From Callorhinchus milii (lineage: Eukaryota): a DNA stretch of 64,000 nucleotides. The stretch lies in the NCBI RefSeq assembly GCF_018977255.1, contig NW_024704743.1:107014001-107078000 (forward strand), given 5' to 3'. The notes beneath the pieces are model-generated. The model did not search any database and was not told the DNA's origin. It saw only the letters and a program-made list of their open reading frames with translations. Positions 27,058-41,062 of the stretch are shown here, piece by piece. The translations under genes and the position numbers were made by a program. Within the stretch, counting starts at the first letter, position 1; every line of letters starts with the position of its first letter.

Positions 27058-27142
27058 GCTGGGGATGGCAGCTGCGTGGGATGGGAGCTGCGTGGGGTGG
27101 GAGCTGAGGTGGGGTGGGAGCTGAGTGGGGTGGGTTGGGGGG
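27058..27142. repeat. ~15-bp G-rich tandem repeat (GGGGTGGGAGCTG(A/C)GT)
   Basis: About 5 degenerate copies. Confidence 0.7.
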
Positions 27143-27239
27143 AAAGATAGATGCCTGAGCAGGGGTAGAAAAAGTGGGGTAGGCATGTGGTGGCCAAAAG
27201 CGTAGTCATAGAGATGTTTTTCTAGATGAGTTTTACAAG

Positions 27240-27600
27240 TAATAATAATAATAATCCTTGCGTTTGATATAGCGCTTTTCACGTCTTCTAGACGTCTCAA
27301 AGCACTTCACAGAATATCCTATTAAGTGAATTTACTATATATTTTTAGGCGAATCGTGGGAGCCAATTGCGCACAGCAATCCCACAAACAGTTGTGGATT
27401 GAAGTAACCCATATAATATTTTTTTAAGTAATTATTATCCCCGGAAAAGTGATCCGCCAATCGACTAACAACCGGGTTCCTGCTTACTGCTAGATAAACA
27501 GAGGCATATGAAATCAGGAAACCTGCCCAACATTTCGCCCTGTCAAGAATCGAACCCAAGTCTCGCTTGCGAGGCGACTGATCTAACCACTGAGCTACAC
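27240..27600 (-). mobile_element. SINE, long subfamily
   Basis: Reverse-complement homology. Confidence 0.88.
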
Positions 27601-28944
27601 AATATGCACTCCAGTGTACCCTTAGCACAAACCCACAGGAACTCCAATATTTATTCAACATTAAAATAATAAAGATTTAGCAGGTAGGAGCAGCAAGCTC
27701 TAATCCCACAAGAAATTCAGTTGCATTTCACAACACCAAAATCTCATATACAACACTGAACCACTGTGGCTCTCTCAATAGCCTTGGGAGTTAAGACACT
27801 TTCATACATCACTTGGCTGTATAGAACCGATTGTCGAAAGTACAACTTCCAGTTGGTGCTAAATTAGCAGATCTCAGTCAGGGTATTCCAATTGGTCTCA
27901 GAGTGCGCACACACACACCTCCTGTCTTTAAACTGGGCAAAAGAAAAAAATCAGTAGTTTCATGCTTCTAATCACATCAATTAATACAGTTATTTAGTAC
28001 CAGAGAACCATAGAAATTTACAGCACAAAGAAGGCCATTCAGCTCATCGTGTGTGCTGGCTCTTTTAAAGAAAAATCCTTTCATTCCCATTTACCCATCC
28101 TTTCCCCACATCCCAGTTGTTTACTCCTTCGCTGGGAATAGACGTCAGAAGATTGGATTCCCATCTATTTTTAGTGTATAAGGTCACTTTGTATTAAAAT
28201 GTAAGATCACAGAGAGTTGTAGTGTGGAAAATTTCTAAATTCAGTCTTAATTTCAAAGCCAATTCTTTACTAAAAATTCCAGAAAACCTGAGGCCTCTTT
28301 ATCAATTGGGAAAAATAAATGGTAGTCCGGGGAGAATAGTTTTGCCAATTTTTGGCAGATCAAGCCCATAAAACAACTATTAAACAATAAGAATTGATTT
28401 ACAAGAAACTCTGGTGGTTACATTACAATTTAATACTAAAAATCTTTCACTGTAAGATGTGGCAGTGAGAGAGCTGAAAGTTTTGAGACCCCAGTCGGGG
28501 AGGAGGCGAGTGCTGTCACCTAGTGGCCATTTAGCTTTCACACTCACTTTGCATATGAGTTTCATAACTATCACCAGCCACACTTTCTACATTTAAAAGT
28601 TATGTAACACCTCAAATTGCACCCTAATATTCCAAATATGGTCTTTCCGGTGATCTATAAAATGCTGCAATAATTTAGTTCATCTTATAATCAAATAACC
28701 TCAAAATACAGTACTAAACATTTGGTTCCTTTCATGACAGCAGCTTCACCTTATGGGAAAACATTTAGTAAATGATCAATAATCACACTTAAATCCTTTT
28801 GCTTCTATATTTCTGCCAATAATCCTTGCATTTGATACAGTGCCTTATTATATAATTGAAACGTCTCAAAGCATTTCATAAAATATATTCTGAAGTGGAA
28901 TGACTGTATTTTTTAGGCAAAATGCGGGAATCAATTGTGCAATT

Positions 28945-30690
28945 AAGAACATAAGAACATAAAAATTAGGAGCAGGAGTAGGCCATTCGGCCCCTCGAGC
29001 CTGCCCCGCCATTTGATAAGATCATGGCTGATCTTCATACCTAACTCTAATTACCTGCCCTATCCCCATATCCCCTAATCCCTCTATTTTTTAAAAAACC
29101 TATCAGTCTCAGCCTTGAAGATGTTCAAGGACTGAGCATCTACAGCCTTCTGGGGTAGTGAATTCCATAAATTCACTACCCTCTGAGTGTAGAAATGTTT
29201 CCTCAACTCTGTTCTAAAAGGCTGACCCTTAATTTTAAGACTGTGACCCCTGGTTATAGATTCTCCTACCAGGGGAAACAGACCCTCAGTGTCTACTTTA
29301 TCCAGCCCTTTAAGAATCTTATATGTTTCAATACGATCCCCCCTAATTCTTCTGTACTCTAGAGAATATAGCCCTAGTTTATTCAGCCTATCCTTATAGG
29401 TCAGTCCCCTCATCCCAGGAACTAACCGAGTGAATCTACGCTGCACCCCCTCTAGGGCAAGTATGTCCTTTTTTAAATAAGGAGACCAAAACTGCACACA
29501 ATACTCTAGGTGCGGTCTCACCAAGGCCCTATACAGTTGCAGCAACACTTCCCTACTCTTGTACTCTAAACCTTTTGCAATGAACGCTAACATGCCGTTC
29601 GCCTTCTTAGTTGCTTGCTGCACCTGCAAACTAACTTTTTGAGACTGGTGTACAAGGACACCCAAATCCCTCTGAACACTAACACTATCTAATCTCTCCC
29701 CTCTAGAAAATAATCTGTTTTTCTATTTTTTCTACCTAGGTGAATAACTTCACACTTCCCCACATTAAATTCCATCTGCCACCTACTCGCCCACTCCCCT
29801 AGCCTATCTATATCCCGTTGCAATCTTTTTGCATCATCCTCAGAGCTTACTCTCCCACCTAGTTTAGTGTCATCCGCAAATTTAGATACGTTACATTCAA
29901 TGTCCTCATCTAGATCATTGATGTAAATTGTAAATAGCTGAGGCCCAAGCACTGATCCTTGTGGCACTCCACTAGTCACATCCTGCCAATTCGAGAATGA
30001 CCTGTTTATCCCTACTCTCTATTTTCTACTCATAAGCCACTCTTCAATCCATGCTAATATGTTCCCATTAATCCCGTGGGCCTTAACCTTCTGCAATAGC
30101 CTTTTGTGTGGCACTTTGTCAAATGCCTTTTTAAAATCTAAATATACTACATCTGCTGGTTCCCCCCTATCTAACTCGCTAGATACATCTTCAAAAAACT
30201 CTAAAAGATTAGTTAAGCACAACTTCCCTTTTGTAAAGCCATGTTGACTCTGTCTAATCTTGTTATGGTCTTCCAGAAATCCCATAACGACATCCTTAAT
30301 TAAGGACTCAAGAATTTTCCCTACCACTGATGTTACACTAACTGGTCTATAGTTCCCCGTCTTTTCTCTCCCACCTTTCTTAAATAGTGGTGTTACGTTT
30401 GCAATCTTCCAATCAATGGGAACCATTCCAGAATCCAGAGAATTTTGGAAGATCAAAGACAAGCCATCCACTACCTCAGTAGCCACCTCTTTTAAAACCC
30501 TAGAATGTAGGCCATCAGGTCCAGGAGATTTATCATTTTAAGACATGGTAATTTACCTAAAACCATTTGTTTACTAATATTAATTCCCCCAAGTTGCTCG
30601 CTAACATTTTCTTCTTGGTTCCCCTCTATTCTTGGTAGGTTTTCAGTGTCTTCTAAGGTGAAGACAGTAGCAAAGTACTTGTTCAATTCA
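28945..30690 (-). mobile_element. 5'-truncated CR1-clade LINE (ORF2 reverse-transcriptase region plus 3' UTR), inactivated
   Basis: ORFs 30492..30686, 30019..30486, 29689..29979 and 29084..29665 give [41 protein letters not shown] and RPHLEYCVQFWSP. They are broken by one in-frame stop and two frameshifts. The 3' end is an (AAGAACAT)n repeat on the + strand. Confidence 0.95.
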
Positions 30691-30852
30691 GTTTATACAT
30701 ATGTTTACTGCTTTTGTTCCAGTGTGAATTATGTTCAACTTATCTATATTAAAATGGACGAATAAACAGAAGGGTACATTAAACATAAACAGATGTCCCT
30801 CTGTTTATGTGTCCATATAAGATGGGTCCAATATTTTCCTTGTGCTTGTCAA

Positions 30853-31275
30853 ACTCCATTGGCTCCCTGTCACCTAGTGAATCGATTTCAAGATCCTCAC
30901 TCTTATATTTAAATCCCTTCACACCCTGTCACTCCCCACTCTCCCCAATCTACTCTGTCCCAACACTAGATAGCTGCCTCCACTCGACTGGCTCCGGCCT
31001 CCTCCTTGTCCCCCAGACCCTCCGCCCCACCATCGGAGGCCGTGCTTTCAGCCACCACGCCGCAAAGCTGTGGAACTCTCTCCCTCAATCCCTTCAAGTT
31101 GCCCCCTCTCTCCCCATTTGCAGGTTGCACATGAAGACCTTCCTCTTCAACTGTGCCTACGGTCACCTTCCCCCTCCACCTGGCTCAGCATCAGGCTCCG
31201 TCAATGTTAAGCGCTCCGAGATGCCATGCGGCATGAAGGGCGCTATATAAATGCAAGTTGTTTTTTGATGTTGTT
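30853..31275 (+). mobile_element. L2 3' fragment
   Basis: IGGRAFSHHAAKLWNSLP; L2 tail. Confidence 0.8.
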
Positions 31276-33049
31276 CGAATAATAATAATAATAATCTTCA
31301 GAAGTAGAAGTTTACAAAGCAAACTTTGAACACGAACTCTAGGCTGACATTTCAGTGCAGTAATTGGGAGTGTCCTGTATTGTTGGAGATGAAATCCTTT
31401 GGATGAAATATTAAACTGCCATTACCACATTGGTACAAAGCATACCAGGAAGTTTAAGTCTGCCCTCACTATGGTAAGAAAAGCTGCTGGGTAGCATTGC
31501 ACTTTACTTGTAAATAGCCTGTTGTGCCTTCACTGTCATGGCAATGATACAACTTCTGTCTTCTTCCAGGATATTATTTCTATGGCAAACATGTGAACTT
31601 TACTTCCAGTGCCGTGTATGAAATAATGCGGGCGGTATTAAAGTTAACGATACTGCTTATTTCAATCAACTACATTTAAAACAGAGCAATACAAGTACTT
31701 TTAAACTGCTTTCTGCAATCTGTGTAAGCAACATGAGCCCCTGCAGCATGAAATACTTTTGTTACAAGTTTTGCAGCTTTGGGATTTGGTCCCACTGGGG
31801 TTCTATAGCTGTGCAGTGATCCTGTGATTGCCCTTCCACTGGCTATCTGGTTTCTAACATCTGCCCTCCTCACAAAGAAATCGTTCCAGACGTTTCCAGT
31901 CTGTCAGTGACCCAGATGTGACCTGCCTTTCCTGCCCACCAACTTCAACTTATGTTGGGGTTGGCTCACACGGCTGCCCTCTGAGAGTCAATATGCAGTA
32001 TACATCAAGTACAATGTGCACATTCTAACGTGTTTAGTTACCACAGGGTTTGTGTATATCTCAGGTCAGTGACTTACATAATTGAGTAAAATATGTGAGG
32101 GGTGGGTGGGGGGGGTAACCTAGCAGTAAGTACACAATTTACATTTGCAAAGGATTCGTAAACATTTAAACCTGCTGGCAACCAGATGTGCCAGTCCACG
32201 AGAACTCTGCTGTGAGGTGTTCAGGAGAATGCAGTAAAATGAAGTTCCCGTGAATTGGTGTGATGCACATACATACTGGCAGGATTCAAAAAAGACAAAT
32301 CCTATGCAAATACAAGTTGCAATTCCCATATATTTGACCCCACTCTAAGCTGGGCAACCTGTTCAGCCACTATATCAGAACAATACAGTAACTTTATTTG
32401 GATATCTGGAATTCATACCTAGCTGGACCAGTATACAGATCAGACTTGTGAGAGTTTTATATTATTATCATAATTTCTCTATATTAAATCTGTCACAGGC
32501 ACTTTTTGGGGGGTGAATTCATACCATGTATTTTGTATTTGAAAATTATTAGTATATGTTAATGAGCAGCTAAGTATACACAACTTTTAAAAGTATTCTT
32601 AACTGATGCCATGATTCATTGTATATTTGGTACAAGTATATTCATATTTATTAATTAATTATTAATATTTATTATTATTACAACAAGTAATTAATCATTT
32701 CCCATTCTAAATACAGTGGGTTTGCTGTAGGTGTTTAAAATAACATAATGTAATCACAATCGCATTGCATTTCAACAGGGAGTGTTATGTCTGAGGCATA
32801 GTCTCTGGAGACATTTTTTAAATTTGACATTCCGATTCAGTACAAAACTTACTTGCAATGTTCATATGCAAACTGAAAATATTTTGCACAGTTTACAAGG
32901 TTTACAGATTCTGTGGAGAAATAAATAAATAAACATCAGCGGCAGTGTAGTCTTGAGAACATTGGGGAATTGGTTCCTGTGATATTTCTCCTTGACACCC
33001 AAGGATAAACAGGCAGCACTTCACAATGTCAATCAGGCTATACTATTCT

Positions 33050-33225
33050 CTTTGACTGTGCCTTCAGCTCCCCTCTCGACTCTCTACCCCCTCCTCGTTC
33101 CCTCCCTTCCCTCCCCTCACCCTGACCATTTCCCCCCTGCTCAGGTCCTGACCCAACTGTCCAGCGCCTTGGGACGTCCTCCCGACGTGAAAGGCGCTCT
33201 ATAAATGGAATCTTGTTGTTGTTGT
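33050..33225 (+). mobile_element. Short L2 3'-UTR copy (closely similar copy on the - strand at 61365..61530)
   Basis: CTCTCGACTCTCTACCCCCTCC...GGGACGTCCTCCCGACGTGAAAGGCGCTCTATAAATG in both copies. Confidence 0.8.
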
Positions 33226-36200
33226 ATACCATCCATACTATTCAACTCTGCATATTGCACACTGGAGGTGACATGTTCATAGTCCCTGCAGCACTGGAAA
33301 CCTTCCAGCTACCAATCCAACACTTTTCTAATGGAATTAATTGAGCACAGAATTGGTGGTTCTGCTGATGGAGGGGGGAGTGGCGAATGGGGATAGTGGA
33401 GGGGATGGCAGTGGTGTCTATTCAATGTATCCACTCCTATGTGTGGACAAAAATCTCTTTGAATTGAGATTGTCAATTCTACAATAAAACAAAGTAGCCT
33501 GAGAGGAGAAGAAACAAATACCTGTACCATTAACACCCTCTTCCCCTCCTCACATTTGGTGTGCTCTCCTCTATTTCACCCATTCACCTTCTTCCCCTTA
33601 AATACACCACATCACTCTGTCAGTTGTTACCCCTCAGTCACCATTGCCCTTTCCACATTGTGCCCACTGTCTCATCATGACTTACAATTCTTTAGATTTG
33701 CCAGAAATTAAAATGTGTTTGTAGCCCAAAGTCAACCAAATACTTGCCCCAAAGTGGCCCAATATTATGCATTACCTCTTATGGGTAGCAGAGTGGTGAA
33801 TTTAGGTTAGTGTTTTTAAAACTGTATAACGAAAGATCTTCAAAGGGAAAGATTTAAATTAAAAATCCATTTTTCATGATCTGTACAACAAAAACACACC
33901 CCATTGGGCATGAACCAATCTTGTTCCTCCTCAGTGTTGATTTTCCTGGGGGCTGCAACTTGCACCCATCTTAATCCATACTAGTTATTCATAATAATAA
34001 TAATCCTTGCATTTGATATAGCCCCTTATCATGTCTTCGAGATGTCTGAAACCACTTCACAGAATGTGCTGTAAAGTGAATTGACTATATATTTTGTGGG
34101 CGAAACACAGCAGCCAATTACGCACAGCAGTGTCCCAAAAACAATTGTGGATTGAAGTGACCAATTTATTATTCACCCTTCAATATTCACAAACTAGAAG
34201 TCGCAATAAGCCACTTATATTTGATTTGCGAACATCATAACTTCGGCTGCACTGCTTTCAGCAAACGATTTGGAGCCCACAGTCTTTCCGAATGAGCAAC
34301 CTTCTCCACATTTTCTTTCGAGAACCTGTCAGAATTCTTTCTTCCTGTTTTCTGAATACAGAATGAGTGTTTCACGATCACACATCATGGCAGGAGGAGA
34401 AATCTCAGGGTTTGCTCAAGTTTTAATGCATCCATAAGCTTTTAATTACCCAGTCTTGCTCATGATCTAAAGGTAAGGTGATATGCAGTGCTCGAAGTGA
34501 AGTTTTAGTCAAATGCCTTTCAGATAATCCCAGTACCTGATTAATGATCAGTAATCTTGATGTGACATTGACCGTATGTGTTACTACACTTGGGCAGAGG
34601 TGACATCTGGACATGAATTTGATACCATCATAATTACATCATATGTAAGGGAGTTGGTCAGGGTTTACATTATTACATTTAGCTGTCACATTTGTTTAAA
34701 TGAATCCGTTCTTTGAGAAAGCAGAATGGTGTTACTGCTGACAACCCAGCTTTAGACTGGCCAATTGCCATTTTAGTTAACCTCAAGTGAGAACGGCAGC
34801 TGAGCCTCAGTTTCAGACTCAGAGGCTTTCGTGTTCCTGCACCAATAAATCATTGCACTGCAACACCTTATTTTGTTACAATGTTTTTTTGTGAAGACAA
34901 AGAGCATAGAAAGAGAGTCAAGAAAGAAAAAAAATAGCCAGGAGAAGCAAGCATTCAGAATGAGAGAGGTAACTTGAGAGAAAGCAGTAAATTACAAATA
35001 AAGTAAAGCTTTGAGTCTAAAGGTAAAGTGTGAGGTGAAATGTACAGAAACAGCTTCCAATGCCCAGCAACGTTCTAGCCCACTTTACCGCTGGGTCAAC
35101 CAATCGCATTCACCTTCAATTCACACTATGTCATTATGTTCTTGCAAATGCTATATCAAATGCAAGGAATATTATTTATTTTTATTATTTCTGTTCGAAA
35201 CGCCACAAAATAGACTGAAGAGACACTGCAAAATGATTTAAAGTTACTTCATTGTGATTTGAATGAACTCAAGTCCTGTACTTAACCCTGAGAAAGAACA
35301 GCAAGCATTTATACTGTACCGTATTTAAACATTGCTGATCGTTCAGGAGTTTTTTGGTAACTTTTGCACATGTGTATAACTTTTTCTATATCTCTATTAC
35401 TCTCAATTCGGAATTATCTACTTACCATTAATTTTCCATATCAGGTCCCTTTTCCGAATTAGCATGATCACTTTATCAATCCATCTTTCAGTTTTGAAAA
35501 CATCTGCTTGGTGATTCGAAGGTGACATACAGTGCAACGTCACAGAAAAAGGCCATTTGGCCCAACTAGTCCCTCTCTATTCCCTTCTCCCTTATGTATG
35601 CAACAAGTTTTCATCACGCAGGAAATCTTTTTTAGTGATTACTTCATGTCCCCAGTCGTTGATCCATTCATTGGTGATGCAGTGCCCAGAGGATACAGAG
35701 ACAGCTGTGTTGGCTTAATCATACAGTGTGTTCAAGATTATACTTAAAGGAACAAAAATTTATGAAAAGTGTTATGACCTTCCTGATGCTTTGTTGTACC
35801 TGAAAGCATTGTTCGAGGTTTACCTTTACTCTCCTACTTAGCACCTAATATATTTCTAAATAGTCCCCTCTGAGACGTATTTCTTAAAGGCTGAATGGCC
35901 TCAGCCTATGTCATCATTCCTCATAGCTTATCCCTCTAAAATTGGGGACACAGCCTCATTACTCTCCTCTGCACCTATGGTAAAAATTATATCATGAACT
36001 ATCCTGTGATGTTGGCTCAACTGCCTTGACCTTAGGTGCCCCTTATGTATAAGGCAATCCATCCATGTTTCTTATCATTTCTGAAAGTCCTGGATCTTTG
36101 AAGTTATATTTATTGACGCCATAGCTTGATTGATCTCTGCCTATGTTCTGCTTGCCTCTAATCTATTCATAATATTTAACTCACATTATCAAGTTCTCTG

Positions 36201-36831
36201 AAGTTCTCTTGTGCCCTTTGGACTGAATCGACCACACCAGTGTTATTTACTGAGATCTGTCCACCTAAGGAGGGAAGAGTATCCAAAAAGGAGGGAGAAT
36301 GCTGTTCTCTTCTGGTTAGTGAATAGAACCAAAGAAAATTTGCCGTAGAGATAGAGGCCATTGATCCACTAGAGCTATTAATTCCAGTTCCACTCTCTAT
36401 TCTTTCCCCATATTATTTCATATTACTTCCCTGTAATATTTCAGAATAGTTTCCTCAAGTATTTATCCTTTTTAAATGATCTGATGGACCCAGCTTCAAA
36501 AACCATCTGTAGTAAAGTATTTCTCATAATAATAACCCTCTGTGTCAAAGGAATTCTTCTAATCACCCCTTTTTTTTCTTCTATTGATGATCCTTAATTT
36601 TATGTCTTCTTGTCCCTGATGAGTGGCAATAGTCTCTCTCAATTTAACCTTCCAATCACCATTGGTAATTGTGAAAACTTCTGGTCGGCAAGTGAGTTAA
36701 AAGAGAGCACTGAGGCTGAAACTCCTGTGCCTCAGTGAAAGAGGTGGGTACATTCTGTACCTGGGTTAACAACAACAACAACAAAATTATAATACAGAGC
36801 CCAACAGCATTGATACATGTGACAGTTTGGG

Positions 36832-37054
36832 TAATAATAATAATAATCCCTCCAAAATAAAACAATAATAAATTGGTCATTTTCAATCTACGACTGTTTG
36901 TGGGACATTGCTGTGCGCAATTGGCTGCCGCGTTCGCCCACAAATATACAGTCAATTCACTTTACAGTCTATTCTGTGAAGCGCTTTGGGACGTCCTCTC
37001 AACGTGAAAAGCGCTATATCAAATGCAAGGATTATTATTATTATTATTATTATT
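36832..37054 (+). mobile_element. 5'-truncated SINE, short subfamily
   Basis: Starts at the internal (AAT)n run; ends in (TAT)n. Confidence 0.88.
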
Positions 37055-40000
37055 AGCAACACCAAACCCAGGTACAGAATGTAACAAAACTAACAATTAT
37101 TTTCTCAAGTCAGCTAACCTGAGGTAATTGACACTTTCAGCACTGCAAATACTGTAGCTACCATTTTTCTAGTAGCTACTGAAACAAGTTTTAATGTTTC
37201 CAATTCGGAGAAAAAATATTTACTTCCAGAAGCGCTGAAGTAGAAACTTGCCAAATATGAAATATGAACACGCCAAAGGATTTATTTGTATTACATTTCT
37301 TTTTATATTTGTGTTTAGTCTGTTTTTAATTTTATGCAAATTATGCCACATCGCTTCTGAGGACATGTGCTCTGCTCAGGGCATCTGGCAATGCCCTCTC
37401 TCGCCAGCTGCCAGGAGTGAGAGATGGCATCCAGGTGTACCCATGCCTCCTTCCTCCTCTGGTCCCAACCCACCACAACCCTACTCCATGGTGAAGTGAC
37501 ACAGTCATCACTTGCCACTTAATGCTGAAAACAGGTCAAATCAGGAGCAAAGCAAAACGAGAGAATAAAAGCTCTGTTCGTAGCACAAGTTGATTACAGT
37601 TTTCACTAGACTAACCTTTCAGCAGTATCCTTCGGTATTCCAGCTCTGCAAAACTACACATTCCTTGATACCTTCACTCTACCGGTGGTGGCCAAGTCTT
37701 CAGCCACAATGCACCTACCTTTGGGACTTACAAAACCATTTTGTCCTGCTATCTCGCTCATTGATTTCAAATGTATCTTAAAAACAGATCTCTTAATCCA
37801 TGCCATTGGAAAACACGTTTTTTATTCCCTGCTTGCTGTAACACCACTAAATTTGTCATATGCGTTGAGGTAATCCTGTACATAAAAGAGGTCATTTAAA
37901 TGTAAGGTTTCATTGCTTCATTGTTAGTGCTTGGAACTTATCTACTGTTCAAAGTCATTGATGCAGAAACACAATCCAACAGATTCATAAAGGTTGGCAT
38001 TACACCAGTATGCTTGCTCTTGCATAGTACTTTCTCAGAAAGCTGCCATAAATTGGTATTTTCAGAGGATTTTTGAACATATGCCTCAAGAAAATAGAGC
38101 CATTATCTCAAAAACATATGAGTAAGGGCTTTGTATCATTCCTATTCTAACTCTTCTTCAAATTAGCAATTCCAAAACTTGCTAACCTCCTAGCCACAGA
38201 GGTAGCCAAAAACTTATAAAGATTCCATTGTAGGACTACTGTGATGGATCAGTGAGTTTGTCCGGCGAGTAGCTGAGTAGCAGGTGCCAGTTTGACACTG
38301 GTGTGTGCTGAGAAGGGAAGCTACAATTGGCCTCAGCTAGTAAGAGGAAAATCTGAAAGAGTTTCTACTCCAGATACTATCCACCATCTCCTCATATGTA
38401 TACCCTGTAGTCATCGACTCAAGACAGTTAACTGCATTTGTCCTCCATACCTTCACATAACCGCACATAGCCAACTCTCAGTATAAAGGCTCACAATTGA
38501 GTTATGCAACTTAAGTGAGTCAGTGGAAGGTAACTGATGCCTGAGGACCTGTACCAGTCAAAAGAAAAATGATTGAATGCCTTCAGGAGATGACAGGAAG
38601 AAGGGAAAAAAAATCTAGATTAGACAAATTGTCCACTAGCCACATACAGTGGTAGATTTTAATTACTTGTACGCTTTAACTTTCAGTTGCGAAACATCTT
38701 GTGGTATTGTGTATTATTTCCTGTGCCAAGTTAGTGATACTGAAAGAAAAATGATATGCAAGGAAGGAGTGTGAGTAAACTTCCTGATTCCTAAATGATG
38801 AAAAATTCCAATGTTTCACTGACACAACTCTCCTCTCCCTAAAAAAAACAGGGTATTGGTGAAAACCAGTAAAAAAGAAGTATTTCAATGGTCCTTAAAA
38901 TTAGAACTGGAACAGTTAGAAGCGAGATCATAAATTATAACAATAAACCTTGCATTTGATAGAGCATCTTTCATATCAGGATGTCTCGAATGCTTCACAG
39001 GATGCACTCTGAAGTGAAGTGACTGTGTAATTTTTGTAGGGAACCGCGGCACCAATTTGCGCACAGCAGTATTCCATACACAACTGTGTCACAGTGAATA
39101 ACCACTTTTATGACCAGTGAAACCGGCTGTTGCACCCTACTTTTAGCATGAGTCGAGATTTTATAGATCCCAACCTCCAATTTATAATGGGACTCCACTA
39201 TATCTCTTAATATCCATACACGACTGATCGTGTTTGCGAAACGCAGCAGCCAATTACGCACAGCATACACACTGCTGTGCGTAATTGGCTTCCGAGTTTC
39301 ACCCATAAAATATGCAGTCACTATACTTTACAGTGTATCCTGTGAAACACATTGAGACATCTCAAAGATGTGATAAGGCACTATATCAAATTCAAGGATT
39401 ATTATTATTACTTCTAAATGCCTGCCTCTTTGTCAATCTATCTTTGATTATGTACCATCAGACCTTTGTAGCAGTGCATTCCACATTTTTGCAATGCTTT
39501 GGGGGAAGAAATGTTTTATTTAGTGGATATATGGGGATAAATGAATGTTCTAGAGTTTTTTCAAATTTCCTGTAGTTTGGATAATATGGGACTGTCTCAG
39601 TTTGGAGCACTCTCACCTTGAGTGAGAAAGTGTGATTGTCAAGTTGAGATTTTGAGCTCATCTAGGCTGACCATTCCAATAGAGAGCTGGGAGCACACTG
39701 CATTACTGTCCTTTAGTGAGGATGTTAAAGCAAGTTCCCATCTGCTTGTTCAGGTGTATAATATTTTCCGTAGCGAAGGGGAAAATACTCTAAGGTAGGG
39801 GGGAACGGCACTTTGTTGGGGATAATTGTTGAGCAAAGTAATGTTTGATTGAAGAATCAGCAAGTTGTTCCAAGAGGTCCAGATATGACTTTAGAACTTG
39901 AATTCTTCCAAAAGGAATTTTAAATAACATTTCCTGGATTTGTTACGGGCTGAACCTTTGGAACCCTGAGTTGGACACTGAGCGTGAGTTCTCATTTCCC

Positions 40001-40289
40001 TTCTGTTGAGTTCATGTCCGAGCAGCGTGCCAGAGGTTCGCCCTGTGACACATCCGAGAGTCACCATTTATAAATCCTTTTGCGGATATCACAAATTAGA
40101 TCCCACTGTGAGCAATAACTTTGATGAGAAAAGCTGACTGTCTATATTCAGTAATGCCATCTGAATGTTTTATGGTTCTAGTGTGCCATCTAGTGGGTAA
40201 ATAACATTATAGATTCTACGAATCATTTCTCCAAATACAGTATTTCAGAACTGCATTATCAGTAATCATTACATCACATATTATACTAA

Positions 40290-40624
40290 TAGTATTCCTT
40301 GCATTTGATATAGGGTGTTACAATGTCTTTTGAGACTTCTCAAATCGCTTCATATAAAATATTGTTAAGTGAATTGACTATATTTTGTGGGTGGTTGGTA
40401 GCCAATTGCGCACAGCAGTGTCCCACAAACAGTCATGGATTGAGTGACCACTTTGAGGTTATTATTCCCAGAAAAGCAGTCCGCCAATTGGCTGACAACT
40501 GGGTTCCTACTTACTGCTAGGTAAACAGAGGCGTGTGGAGTAAGGAAACTCACCCTACCCGGGAATTGAACCCAGGTTCTCTCGCTTGCAAGGCAAGTCC
40601 TCTAACCACTAAGCTACAGGACTC
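40290..40624 (-). mobile_element. SINE, long subfamily
   Basis: Reverse-complement homology. Confidence 0.85.
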
Positions 40625-40858
40625 TGTGTATCATAGAATCCTAGAAATGTTAGCACTAAAGGAAGTCCATTATGCCCATGCAATATTAGCAGCCCATTGG
40701 AGCTATCTACTCTAATCTCATCTTCCTGCTTTACCTCTGTATCAATATCATAAAATCATAGAATTATACAGCACAGAAGGAGACTAATCGGCCCATCGTG
40801 TCTGTGCTGGCTCTTTGAAAACAATATTGTATACAAAATACAAAAATAATCAGGTAAA

Positions 40859-41062
40859 CTCTGACCTGCTTGTGGGTGGGGGGATCTCTGACCTGTTTGT
40901 GGGTGGGGGGATCTCTGACCTGTTTGTGGGTGGGGGGATCTCTGACCTGCTTGTGGGTGGGGGGATCTCTGACCTGTTTGTGGGGGTGAAGTGAATTCTG
41001 ACTGTTTGTGGGTGGGGGGATCTCTGACCAGTTTGTGGGTGGGGGGGGATGAACTCTGACCT
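40859..41062. repeat. ~27-bp tandem repeat (CTCTGACCTGTTTGTGGGTGGGGGGAT) x~7
   Basis: Directly visible. Confidence 0.9.

Noticed and set aside
29084..30686. Active CR1 element
   Set aside because: 5'-truncated with no endonuclease or ORF1; one stop and two frameshifts.
1..40800. A second protein-coding gene in the upstream 40 kb, or exons of a downstream neighbour
   Set aside because: I recognised no non-repeat coding exons; small or non-coding exons cannot be excluded by eye.
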